A stretch of DNA of 64,000 nucleotides. Source: Pelomyxa schiedti (lineage: Eukaryota > Protista > Evosea). Each line of letters opens with the position of its first letter. Positions within the stretch are counted from its first letter, which is position 1. The stretch spans positions 1-64,000 of the forward strand of contig JAHLWZ010000636.1 in NCBI GenBank assembly GCA_020536535.1, given 5' to 3'. Both the position numbers and the translations under genes were made by a program. The notes below the pieces were generated by a model. That model did no database searches, was not told the DNA's origin, and saw only the letters and a list, made by a program, of their open reading frames with translations. Below, piece by piece: positions 13,591-24,932 of the stretch.

Positions 13591-15587
13591 ATGACCCAAT
13601 ACACGCCGTACCTGACGAACGTCACGAAATGGCACTTCTGGCCTACACCACAACCATCACCAAAGACTCTTTCTTTGGCACCCCCAAGCTCCACGCCTCC
13701 GACCAAGACCAACAGTACGACGTCAGAGTGCTCTACAACAACAAGCAGTGGTGCTACGAAAGTTGCATCTCAAACTCAACAGGTTAGCATTAATGAGCCG
13801 CAGCACGCACAACAGCAAAGTGCAAGTGCAGTTGTAGTATCAACAGTCAAAGGTCCGCCTTATGGTGATGCTTTCCCAAGAGGTTCTCCCATAGTTACTT
13901 TTTTTTTTCCAAAAACAAATTGTTTGCAGACAGTCAGGTTCCTGCAAAGATATATACACAACCACAGCCACGACCACAACTGCAGAACTCCACAGCAAAA
14001 GATTCCGTCAAACTGGACTTTGAAAATCGTGCGGCAGCTCTGGAAACAGAAAATGTCACATGCAAAGCCTTGGTAGAAAAGCTCAAGAAAGGTCGCAATG
14101 CTGTAAGAGACATTCTCACTTCATTCTCAAAGCTACTGTAGATCTTGAATGTGAACAGCGTGAGCATAGAGAAACGCGTGCAAAATTGACAACTTCGGAA
14201 AAGGAGAGGAAAAACGCGGAGGAGAACTTGGAACTTCTGAGGCAGTACTATGAAAATGAGTACAACAAAGTGAATTCAGATTTGAAAGACGAAAAGGCAG
14301 CACATCTCAAGACCAAATGTGAACTAAATACCCTGGCAGAGCTCAAATCGGTTGTCAAAGCTCAAGCCACTCAGATAACATCTTGGGAAAGACGCGTGTT
14401 ACAAATCGGTGCTATGCTTTGTAAGACAGAGGGTACAATCACGACTCTTCAAAAAGAGAAGAAGCAACTTGAAACTCTTGTACAGAATCTATCCAATAAA
14501 GTACTATTCCATCTCTGTTGTACCCCACCTCAACCCGAAAAAAGTTTGATACTCTCACCCAAGGACTGGTTGATGTGTTAACTGCGAAAAGGGAACCATC
14601 ACCTACTCTGTTATTTGCACAAGAATTGACAACAGAACCAACCGCACCACAAACACCGCAGCTGCAACTACGAACGCCACAACCGCAACCTACACCACAA
14701 TCACAACCTCAACCTCAACCACAAACGCAAACGCCGGAACTATCAACCAAACCTCAAGCACAACTGGTTGAAGAAGTTCCAGCTATACCACAAATTCCAC
14801 AAGTTCAACAAACACAACGCGACCAACCAGCACTAACACCTGAGAGGCCAATCCAGAGACCCAACAGTCCGCCTCCTCTCCCACAATCACCGCAGCCACA
14901 GCCACAGCAACAACAATCATCACAGCCACTGTTTCAGCAAAAACTACACCAACAAGAGCCACAAAATCAATCTCAAAGCTCAGTTCAACCGTCTAATCCT
15001 CTCGCGGCACTGGAAAAACCTCCGCAACAAATTTCTTCCTCCGAATTGCCACCTTTATCTGTAATCATATTTTCAGATAGCACTCTGCGATGCCTGGCAC
15101 TTTTTTGTGTATGATCCCGACCCTTCTATGAGTACATTAAGAACTGACGCACATAGTCTCAGCTTAGAGCCTGTCTCCCTCGTGTAGAAATTACCGTGGG
15201 GTGTCGGGATCAAAACATAGTTGAACAAGTGTCAAAAAATAGCCTTTGCATTTACATAGAGGATTTTGAAAATGCTTCACTTAATTTTGGTCCAGTCTTC
15301 AATTCTCTTTTTAGCAGTTGCCGTACGTACTGCTTTTAGTAAAACAATGGAACTGACACTCTTCTGCAGAAGACAAGCTCATTATTGTACTTATGAGGCA
15401 CCACCACCAAACATTATCATTCCTACCCCTTCCAAAGCCAGTATGGGCACTCATCCACAGCACCACCCAGAAGAAAATGCTGTCCCTGTGTTACTACGAG
15501 ACTTCTCCGGGTGGTGACTACTCTCTGCAGGACAACTCGGATTCCGAAATTAGTGCTTTTGCTTCGGAGCTCTCCAAAAAAGAATAA
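13591..15587 (+). CDS. Gene A: coiled coil, Gln/Pro-rich linker and uncharacterised C-terminal alpha/beta domain X
   Basis: ORFs 13591, 14060, 14518 and 15393 joined by GT-AG introns; ends SQLRACLPRVEI...SLCIYIEDF...QDKLIIVLMRHH...KMLSLCYYE...SKKE stop 15587. Confidence 0.65.
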
Positions 15588-15770
15588 AACAAGATAAATG
15601 AGTTCAAAGTTAAACTGTTCGGAAAAGAGTCACAAATCGAAGGTGTGGCCTTGTGTTGAATACCCAGTTACCTGGACCAACCAACTTCGTCAATTCGGAT
15701 CTTTCTCGTAACCGAGAATGAAGAAGAAAAAGACAAAGAAGTGTAGTGTTTCAACGCGCTCGCTTGAGGG

Positions 15771-16883
15771 ATGGAATTCGAGGAGGCAGAACTTTTTGCA
15801 GCACCAGTGCAACTAGGAATTCCGCGGTTCAATATCATTCTTCTTGGACCGTGAGTTACCTCTTCCACCAGGCGTTTCGTTCGACATTAATGACACGAAA
15901 TCCCTCAAGGTCAGGAGCAGGGAAGAGCAGTTTGATTAACTCCGTGGCAAGTGCGTACATGGGAGACCGGGTGCATGAATTCGCAACTCCATCGTCACAT
16001 TACTCCGTCCCGATGACAACTCGCCTCATGCCCTATGACCTCGACATTCTCACTGAGGGCAGAAGACCGGTCACTCTATGGGGTATTTTTTTTTTTTTTT
16101 TCATTTGTGCCTGTCAATTCCCTTCTTGGAGGAGCTGAATTGTTGTTGGCAGATACTTGGGGTCTGATAGCAACAAAGTCACCTTCTCCTCCATCTTACT
16201 GTGGTGGGGAACTGGAGTCAATGATTTTGGGTACTGCTTCTGTTGGTACAGATGGCTCTACTCATCCCTGTCAATTGAACACTACGTTTGAGATGACTGC
16301 GCGGCGAGTATGCATTTCCCTCCTTGGCCTTTCAGTCATTGATCCTTCGGCAAGGCCCACTGTATCATATTTGTGGTCGCTGTCCATGATCTCACTAATA
16401 GTGAAATGCTCGATGCATTTACGAGACTGTATGAGAAAACAATGGGTGTGCAAACCGCTTGTGTGGTGCTATACATGTCTTACATTAGCTTTCTTCAAAG
16501 GAACTCCCAGTTTGGTTTTATTGAGCCACGTTGACGAAATTATTTCGAACTTTCCTTTGCTTCCCACTACAGAGCAGTGTGAGACTCTTCTTACCGATCC
16601 TGCTGTCAAGAGCAAGTTGTCTGAATTTTGTACTCTATGGAAACTTCCCCCAAAGGATGTCTACCCACTGATCAACAATTTCCGGTATGATGCCAACCAG
16701 GTTGTCAACAAACAGGCCCGAACTATTCTTCTGGCCGCCATGCAACGTGCAGTTGATCATTTGCTTGTAATCAAGGAGCATAATGAGAGGCCTGCTGAGG
16801 AAAAACAACCAGCACAGCAACCTGACCCTACACCTCTACGAACCATAAAGGTGTCTCTAATTGGAGGCCGAACTGGTTGTTGA
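15771..16883 (+). CDS. IFI44-like P-loop GTPase 1
   Basis: RFNIILLGP-SGAGKSSLINSVASA, DTWGL, GELESMILG, LVLLSHVD, KDVYPLINNF, LLAAMQRAVDHL follow the IFI44/IFI44L GTPase motif order. Confidence 0.8.
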
Positions 16884-16956
16884 GATAATGAATGTAGTAA
16901 CAGAATAAACAAAGTTAGAACAATGTTCCATTCAATCTTTACAGTGTGGGTTTCTT

Positions 16957-18131
16957 TTACGGTTGCTCCAGACAGGCCACTGTGTGAACAGGACCATAGA
17001 ACAAGTATTCTCCAGACCGCAGGTATTGGTTTTTGCAAACCATGATCATGTCAGAGGCCTTTTGTATGGCGCGACGTAGAGCCAGTAAAGGCCACACTTC
17101 TAGTTCACTGTTCTTTGTGGTTGTTGTGTAATTTACAACAGGAAATATATCTCGGCGGGGCAGATTCCACACTCGACTTAGGTGATCAAGCTTCTCCTGA
17201 ATCAGTGTACTTGTACCAATTAATTGGGGGGAGGAAGCAACTCTCTCATCTGGCGCTCTGTAAAAAAAAAAAGACTTGAAGAACACGTATATACCTAATG
17301 TGTCACAATGTGTGACAATAAAAATGGATGGTATCCCTGCCATTTCGAAGTCAATTAAGGTTAGGTGATAGTGTGAGTACCTAGTCGACCAGGGTTGTCA
17401 AAAAGAGTGGGTTTTGCCTGATTTAGTGCTGAAGGATTTGGTATCTCTGATGCCGAGATAATAAAAATTACACAGTGTATCTATAAAAAAAAGTTGGACT
17501 AAAAAAAATAGAAAGCCAAGATAAGAACCCTTTGTTGTGCAATCCGGGGATCCCTAGCATCAAGGAGGTGACTCTGTGGGTCATCGTTATCCCTCGTGTA
17601 AGCGGTCATATTCCCATTGAGCATGTAGTCTAGCTCCTCTCTTCTGTAATTGGAAGAATCCAATCCCCAGGTGTCTAAACAGAGTTGAATTAGATATTCA
17701 TCCATATATTCTGAGTTGGTATCAAACCCCATATCCGCAGTCTTGGTTTGAAGTCTGTGTCATTAAAGAGTTGATATGGACAGAAGTCCCTAGATTCGTG
17801 TGCAGCTGTACTTGGTGCTGTGGGTGCAAGTTCCCGCACTGAATGAGAAAATGCAGATGCCAAGGTATTCGCTGTACTAGATTTTCCAGCACCAAATCTT
17901 TGTAGACGGCAACGGTTAGCCAAGTATGTGAAAAGGAAAAAGAGACAACAAACGTTCTCCATACTTTCCAAAAAGGAGGATGTTGAAAAAATCGACCACA
18001 AAGATATCCCGACAGGGTGGCTTGGCAGCACAGATCTCTCGGACAAGAATGGCAGTAACTTCTTCTTGAGAAAATGATGGTGTAGATTCCGTCGACGACG
18101 TTGTCACTGCTGTCGTAGAGCTCATTGCCAT
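16957..18131 (-). CDS. IFI44-like P-loop GTPase 2
   Basis: FNILLFGK-FGAGKSSTANTLASA, DTWGLDSSNYRREELDYMLNGN, IHCVIFIISA, IFIVTHCD, RDIFPVVNY, LALRRAIQKASD. Confidence 0.85.
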
Positions 18132-18212
18132 TCTACTTCGTGGTTTACGGAAAAAAAATTTTAACTGAAAAAAGCGAAGCAGCGGGTCAAGTTGGTTCAA
18201 AAAACCAACTTC

Positions 18213-19506
18213 CTAAGGCAATGATTTCTGTAAGGCCAAGAGGTCTTTGCATAACCGAGCGATTTGATATTGGCAGACAGGCTTCAGTGGCTCGTGAGGC
18301 TCCATATAATTAAGTGAGTACACCTTGGGCTGAAAAACCCCATGTTGTTCTATTCCACTCAATAAAGAAGCGGGGGGGTTAATCCAGAGACACTCGTGCT
18401 GATTCTGCCGCATTCCAACAATAACAAACTTTTTCCCTGGTTTTTTTTGTTGTTAGTGGTGTCAATGAGTTTTTGAAAGTAACCATAAGTTTTGACAAGT
18501 CTATTCATGGTTTCTCTTAGTGCAGGGTCCTGCACATCAAGCCGGCAGGTGGTATGTGGCACTACATAAAGACAAACATTAGCTGATGATGCACAGTCAT
18601 GTTTGTTGGATATCATCTCCTCCAGTGTACAGGTTGAGATATCCAAATGTGGTACATCAGCTGATAGCTGATCCTGCGCAAAATAAGTAGTCGTAGATTG
18701 AGCACTGCTTACTAAGAAGCCAGGGATGTGGAGCAGAAAATACTCCTTTGCGAATGCTACCACTTTGAAGGAAGCTCTAACATTCTGAAGTTCTTGGAGG
18801 TGCTGAGACTCAACGGGTAGGGAGAGTTCTGTGATGGGTTCGTTTTTTTGTTCATTTCGTGTTTCGGTTGCGGCTTGAGAGGTTTAGTGGAGTGAAAATT
18901 AACAGGTTCTATACCAGGCAGCAGATATGTACAACTTTGCCCCTCAAAAACGCGTTGGGTATAAAATTTCGGTTCCAAATACTGAATACACTGCCCTGAA
19001 ACTGTGCCAAAGGGCAGTCAGCACAAATTTGTGATTTATTTGCTTATCGAGTACCTTCTCTTCTCATCTCTGGAAAAGACAGATAGCAATTAGAATTAGC
19101 ATTAAATTAATGGATACATCTTTTCCATGTCATGACTGTGTATAGAGGCTGGAACAGGGACCATACCGCAGCCTGGTGTGGCCTTTGTGGTGCCCCCAAG
19201 CTCACCTGTTTCAAACTCACTAATATGGAGTCTCACTCCTTCGACAAGGTGCCTAATCTTTTTTTTTTTAACCAGAGAATTCGTATGTTTGTGGTTGGGG
19301 ATGATGGGATCAACCCTGTCCAATAACGAACTTGCTGTCGCCGCGGTAGCGCTGAAATCCAGTGCTTCCAGATTCGCTTCGACCACGTCACGTCGGCCCG
19401 ACAGCTGCTCAATTCGTGCATCCAGATCCCGTGCATTCTTCTTCATTACCGTCACATCATCCTGCAGTGCATTCAAGTCATCGGAAACCACCTCCGCACT
19501 ATGCAT
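18213..19506 (-). CDS. Gene B: N-terminal coiled coil and the same domain X as gene A
   Basis: MHSAEVVSDDLNALQDDVTVMKKNARDLDARIEQL (heptads); spliced C-terminus QDQLSADVPHLDIS...NVCLYVVP...YGKKFVIVGMRQ...KVYSLNYME; stop 18213. Confidence 0.65.
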
Positions 19507-19626
19507 GCCGATTAACAAGCAAAAATTCTACTGCCCTCTACGGCGCCGACACGGACAACGGTTCGATTCTCCCAAGTTGGGCCAGAAAAATAATTCAGCA
19601 AAAGGATTTACTATTTCCTCTCAAAG

Positions 19627-20757
19627 TTATGAGGTGGAACCAAGTAATTCTACAACGTGCTGTCGTTCAGGTGCGGATGTGACCTCCCGAGTGACACCAG
19701 GGGTTGGGGTGCTAATAACGGGTTCTGTGGGTTCTGGAAGCTTGTATGAAACTTTGCTGTGCACCTTCACAATGTGGTCATTGGCACGCTGTAATGCGTA
19801 GTGTAGAACGGCGAGGACTGAGGCATCTATGTGCTCGTCCTTGAGCTGCCGATTCCAGTATGAAGCTACGGGAAAAACATCCCGCTTGTTCAATACACAT
19901 ATACTGCGGAAGCTATTCCGCAGTTCTTCAATCTTGGGTCCCCAGATTTTTGAGGGAAACGATGCTATTGCTGGGTCTGGTGGTGATTGTTTTGGTGGTT
20001 AGAGTTTGAATTTAAACCTGCCTTTTTATTAATAATAAAAAGCGGTAAACCTCTGTGGTCCAGATGAGTTAGAACTGCAATTATGGGAATGGATAAGTCA
20101 TGTGCCTCAGTGAAAAATTGTGTCCACCACCTGTTAAGCTCTTCAATATTTTCCATATCATGAGCTGATATAAATATAAGCAAGCAGTGCATCTGAGTGT
20201 CGTGAGAAAACTAGATAAGAGTGGCTGTAGGATAGTGACCTTTCGTTGCAATTCTTGTTCTGGAGGGCAAGTTGGTTTTTTGACGGAGTGCTCTTTGTCA
20301 GTCTTCAATGTGCCAGGGGTAACTAACCCCCGTAGATAAGATTTAAACGTCTCCCCTCTGTAAGAGGTGCCATCCTCACCCCAGCAGTCTATGTAGCCAG
20401 AAATGAAGTTACTAAGTGCTCAAGTCGGGTACACAAACCCCAAAAGCGGACAGGAACAGGGAATCCAAGCCGCGGGAAGTCATAGTAGTCCATTGCTGGT
20501 GTGCCAATCTTAGAGGGATGGCCGCTCGTCGGACACAAGTATCTCACAGTGGGGCTAAATGCTGTGGCAACAGCATTGATGAAACTACTTTTCGCTGCAC
20601 CCCTTTTTCCTGTACAGAATAGGCGTTAAGTTGCAGACAGCGAAGGGGAAAAAAAAAGGGGGAAATAAACACCAAACACAGCTATGTTGTAGTGAGGGCA
20701 TCCTTTGCGATCGAGACGCTGAACGAGCGAAAAGATGTCGTTAACACCCGAACACAT
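19627..20757 (-). CDS. IFI44-like P-loop GTPase 3 (variant Walker A)
   Basis: YNIAVFG-KRGAAKSSFINAVATA, DCWG, MHCLLIFISA, IAVLTHLD, RDVFPVASY, LHYALQRANDHI; stop 19627. Confidence 0.8.
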
Positions 20758-20914
20758 TGGCAGTTTTTGGTTTTTGTTGCAGTTTTGATTCAGGTTCCGA
20801 GTTGGTGGGCGAAAAAGCCAAGTTGGACTTTTGTGGGTCCAGTTGTGGCGAGTGCCTTTTGAAGAGCTAACCCCTTGATCATACACAACCCTCGCCACAC
20901 TAGTCTTGCATAAT

Positions 20915-23032
20915 TCATTGGTTTTTCTTTTTAGTCTCTGTGTGGCTGGGTGTGACTGAAGCACTTACGACGCCGCTTCTGTATAGCCACCTTTGGTACA
21001 TGTATATTATGAAAACAATGTCTGGTTGGGGGGTTAGTGGAGAGTGGGATGGTTAGTGTTGCGGTGTACCGTCACGGAAGCAGCTCATTCTGTGCATTGT
21101 CGGCATCTTTATTATGAAAGCAAACAAGTCATCTATAAATGTATTCAGTGCCTAAAAGAGGCTTAGCCATTGTATTTGGTTTGGTGTAGCTACTTTGTAA
21201 ACAAGTGCTCTCCATGGCAAGTGCTCCACTGATTTTAACTGTTGTTTAAGAAAATCCATTGGTACTTATATTCTGTGAGTATTTTTACCTTGTGGTTAAT
21301 AAAAAGTTGAGGCGTCATCATTATGAACCCGCATGCATATGCTATACTTGTCAGGCTGCAAAGAGACCTTAAGTCATTGATATGGTTCCCAAACTCCAAC
21401 CTCTCTAGAAGCCAGGAACACCAGCCCTTGTGTCGGGAGAAAATAAGAGACCAAGACGAATACCCAATAATCAGAGGAATCAAAACTAATAGCATTACAT
21501 GAAAAGCCTTCGTATCTTCAAATAAGGTTATTGGTCAAAATATCTCATAGTACAAACCAGCTTCAGATGTCATTTTGTGTTGTTTCTGTTCCGCTTCTTC
21601 AGGCCGCAGGTTTTTTTTGGATTGTGTGTAACATTTGAAAAGCTTCCATATGTCAATTATAACAGATATTCCAGCAGGAACAAGTACTAAAAAAAGGTAC
21701 ATCTCATTACTAATTAGGTTTTATTATATTGGATACCTAACAAACTAGTTTCATTCTCATATAAGTAGGCCAGGATGACTACCCTAAACAGAGCATTGAT
21801 AATGACAGATCTCACTGACACCTCACCGATATCATTAATTGTGGGATTGAAGCGAAAGTACCCCCAGTAAGGAAGACAAATTCCTCCAGTAAGCAATGTC
21901 GTTCTGAAGCTTCAGTAAGAAATAAAACTCGAAGTTGGATATTACCCGAAAGGAGAGTATATCAAAGATGATGTGCAGTAGAGAGACAAAGCCTAAATGT
22001 AGAACATTCGTAACAAAATATCAAAAAACGAAAATACCAATAATAAAAAGGAAGGTAGGGCTAGTTTGAAGGAATATGTGTTTCATATCTTCAGTTTCTT
22101 TATGTGAAAATCCCCATTCCTTTTGCTTGTGGAGTGAACTGGAGAATTGAACAACCCAAGAAAAGTCATCTGGATTCATTCTTTTTATGGTTATCTCTAA
22201 AAAAAGCAGGGTTCATTTTTGCACAAAAGTTGATCACATGTTAACTGTAGAAGGATTGTTCATACCAAGAGGAAGAACAGATACTGTGGAATTAATTTCA
22301 ATCATCTCTTCATAAGACGTTGACATATCAGAAACGTAAATAAGAGGGTGGTAGTGAGAGTCTCGGTCTTCCATTGTGTATGTGTGCAATGGTGAGAGCT
22401 CTTTTCTTGGATAAGAGTGATGGTCCACAAGAACGTAGATGGTGAGCTTTTCAGCTTTAAGACAAATATGGAAAGATACTGGCTAACCTTGGGTTTCCAG
22501 AAAGGTAGTTTTTTGGCACTTGTCAAGTCTGATTTAGTTGGTAGAGGGTCGTAGAGAAGAAACCGCGTTGGAGACTTGGGACTCATAAGCTCTGCGCACA
22601 AAAACTTTGCAGTGGAGATAGGAGTCCTTAAGCTACAACACATTACGTTCTCATCTGGCAGAGAGCACCAACTTATGTGGGAAGAGAGACACACTGAGCG
22701 TAGCCAAATCACCATTTTTCAGTGCCTCCGGTGCGGTAACGTTTATAACGGTGCTGATCTCGTCACTACCAGGGGCAGGCACCTCATAAACAAACGAGTA
22801 ACGCCACAAACGCACGCTAGTATCACGTGACTCCAAGAACACCTGTTTCATGCAGTAGCAAAACGACGCAAGCGAGACCGACAAGATCTCGTACCCTGAC
22901 ATCCAACAAAGCACCCTTTGCAACGGAGTTCCCAATCAGATCTCCCCCTCCATCGCAGACAACAAATCCAGCCCAACACATAACAAACACCGCCGGCAGC
23001 CTGTCCCATGCACCCACCGAATCTCTTTTCAT
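20915..23032 (-). CDS. CLPTM1/CLPTM1L family membrane protein
   Basis: GFIMMTPQLFINHK, EHLPWRALVYK, ALNTFIDDLFAFIIKMPTMHRMSCFRD and DIVFIIYMYQRWLY are the family's conserved C-terminal motifs. Confidence 0.9.
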
Positions 23033-23148
23033 TTTCTGCTCTGATCAAGCCGGCGAAAAAGTTGCGTCGAGCGTAAACGCAGGCAACGAGTGGTCGGTTG
23101 TGTGGCGAGGAGGAAGCACAAGCGAGAGTAAGGTAACGGCTGCCGATT

Positions 23149-23670
23149 ATGGGTCTTGTAGTCGCCGGCCTGTTGTTCTTATGGGACATCTTCCTCGTCG
23201 TTGCACAAGTTGCTGCTGTTGTCATTAGCGTATGCGTGCATTCGATGGCTTGCGTTTGGGAATGCCGCATCTATGTTGTGGGCCACAATTGTTTGCTTCC
23301 CAACCTGGGCCCATTGCGGACCGAGAGGGTAGACTAGGCACTCACTACGATATCGCGAATGTATCTTTTTGTCAACCCGGTGACAGGTTGCACACTAATA
23401 AGTGATGCGAACTTCTCCCTCTAAGCCAGTAATCTGTACTGGTTTGCACTTGTAGTATGTAGTGTTATTATTGACAATTAATATCATTTCACTCTGGCAG
23501 AAATACAATCTCAACGGCAGGCACATTACCAGATACTGTGACGGCTAGTATTCAATCACTCAGAGCAACTTCACAAGAACTCGACCCCAGAAGTTTGCTT
23601 TCTGCACGAATGATACACAGCTCTCCCTCATTAAAAACCCCAGTGCACCCACAGGCTACACAAAAACTCT
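23149..23670 (+). other. Possible short or degenerate spliced gene with hydrophobic signal-like N-terminus
   Basis: MGLVVAGLLFLWDIFLVVAQVAAVVIS followed by a GTATGC donor; downstream exons cannot be joined unambiguously. Confidence 0.2.
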
Positions 23671-23672
23671 AG

Positions 23673-23815
23673 CCCAGTCTTCCCATTATTCACCAGGAGA
23701 CCCAATTCTGGGATAGTTCACAAGCCAGAAATTGGTTCAACCAAATAAAAAAGTGGATAGAGTTTAAAATTTTCTTTTGACCAAAGTGTTTGAAGTGAAT
23801 AATGGGAAGACTGGG
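23673..23815. repeat. 143-bp element bounded by a perfect 21-bp inverted repeat (MITE-like or pre-miRNA-like)
   Basis: CCCAGTCTTCCCATTATTCAC at 23673-23693 and GTGAATAATGGGAAGACTGGG at 23795-23815. Confidence 0.85.
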
Positions 23816-24073
23816 TGGAAGTTTGGCTGAGTGTCAATGATTGAGGACTGTCAAGTGCCTTCCTACCTGAATTTACTCGTTAGTACATGTATCTAGAAGT
23901 AGGTGCTTGTACTTGTGTGGTTCCTACTGCTCGGAATTTCATGCACGATCGAGAACTTCAACGCCACATCCATCAGTAATATCTGAAAGGTACCACTTTA
24001 AAAAAGCAATGCTTTGAAAACATAATAACCCTCATAAACCTTCCAAATCCAATTCAAAAGGCGAAATCTAAAC

Positions 24074-24478
24074 CAACGTTAGAAAACGTGGAACGAGAAA
24101 CAACCAAGTTACCTTGGTCATGACCAATTCAAAGCCGGCAGTGTACTGGGGTTGGGTGCTACGAGATGATGTGTGATGTTCTCGAACCCTGCTTCCTTCA
24201 CCAAAGGGTGGGGGCGCTAACGGCCGGTTCGACAGCAAGGCATTTGCAAAAAAGGCACGGCTTCCGCGGCGACGGTGTGACCAGTCCTCCCACAAGACGA
24301 GAAGAAAGAGGAAGAGTGGCCAAAAGGCCAAAAGGCCAAGTGGCAAGCACCTTGTCTCTTTTTCTGACTGTGGGATGGGGGTGTGCCCGCCTGTGCGGTT
24401 GCAGTGTGCCTTTATGCTGCGGCTGTTCGAGTTGTCCGTGTCCAGTCCCCCTTCGAGAGAAATCAGCAGGGTCCAAGA
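24074..24478 (+). ncRNA. Putative structured ncRNA, copy 1 (rod core 24186-24472 plus conserved upstream segment)
   Basis: Nested end-to-end helices with G-U pairs on the + strand; near-identical second copy about 860 bp downstream. Confidence 0.6.
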
Positions 24479-24932
24479 GGGCTGGCGGGGGTGGATGTCG
24501 AGGGTGATGCTTGCATAAGTAGGAAAGGTAACGAGAAGTAAGCTCTGAATGTGATGCAGCCCATCTGTTGGATTGTATGAGTTGGTTTGCAAGTGAACTG
24601 GTTTCTCTACCCTTTTGTTGCTCATTGGCCTGCATTGCGGCACTTCATAAATGTTGCATCCAATATAAGAATGCCTATTGAATGTCAGTTTAAGAGAAAG
24701 AATACTGTGAAGTCTTACCGTTGCACATCAGGCTTGTGCTGCTGAAAACAAGAACAATGGTAGTTTCTTAAGTCAAAAAAAAGACTAAACCGCAGTAATT
24801 AGATGAACAGGAACTACGCAAAAAGTTTCAATTTACCATGCACAAGTTCGAATTATAGTTGCTCGCTTCGAGGGCTGTCATTTTCTCAGTACAGTACCGA
24901 AGTGCGGCAAGAGTAACAAGGCCCGCTAGAAA

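Noticed and set aside
13591-16883. Gene A and GTPase 1 as a single gene
   Set aside because: A has an in-frame stop at 15587 and a TGA lies just before the G1 ATG at 15771; no convincing joining splice found
24318-24340. GGCCAAAA repeat as a telomerase template
   Set aside because: Self-complementary, altered in copy 2, and no telomere sequence is available to compare
24186-24472. SRP RNA, RNase P/MRP, U3, hammerhead or HDV ribozyme identity for the rod RNA
   Set aside because: I could not find the SRP helix-8 CAGG/GNRA/AGCA arrangement, correctly ordered CR-I/CR-V, C/D boxes or CUGANGA/GAAA cores; not formally excluded without Infernal
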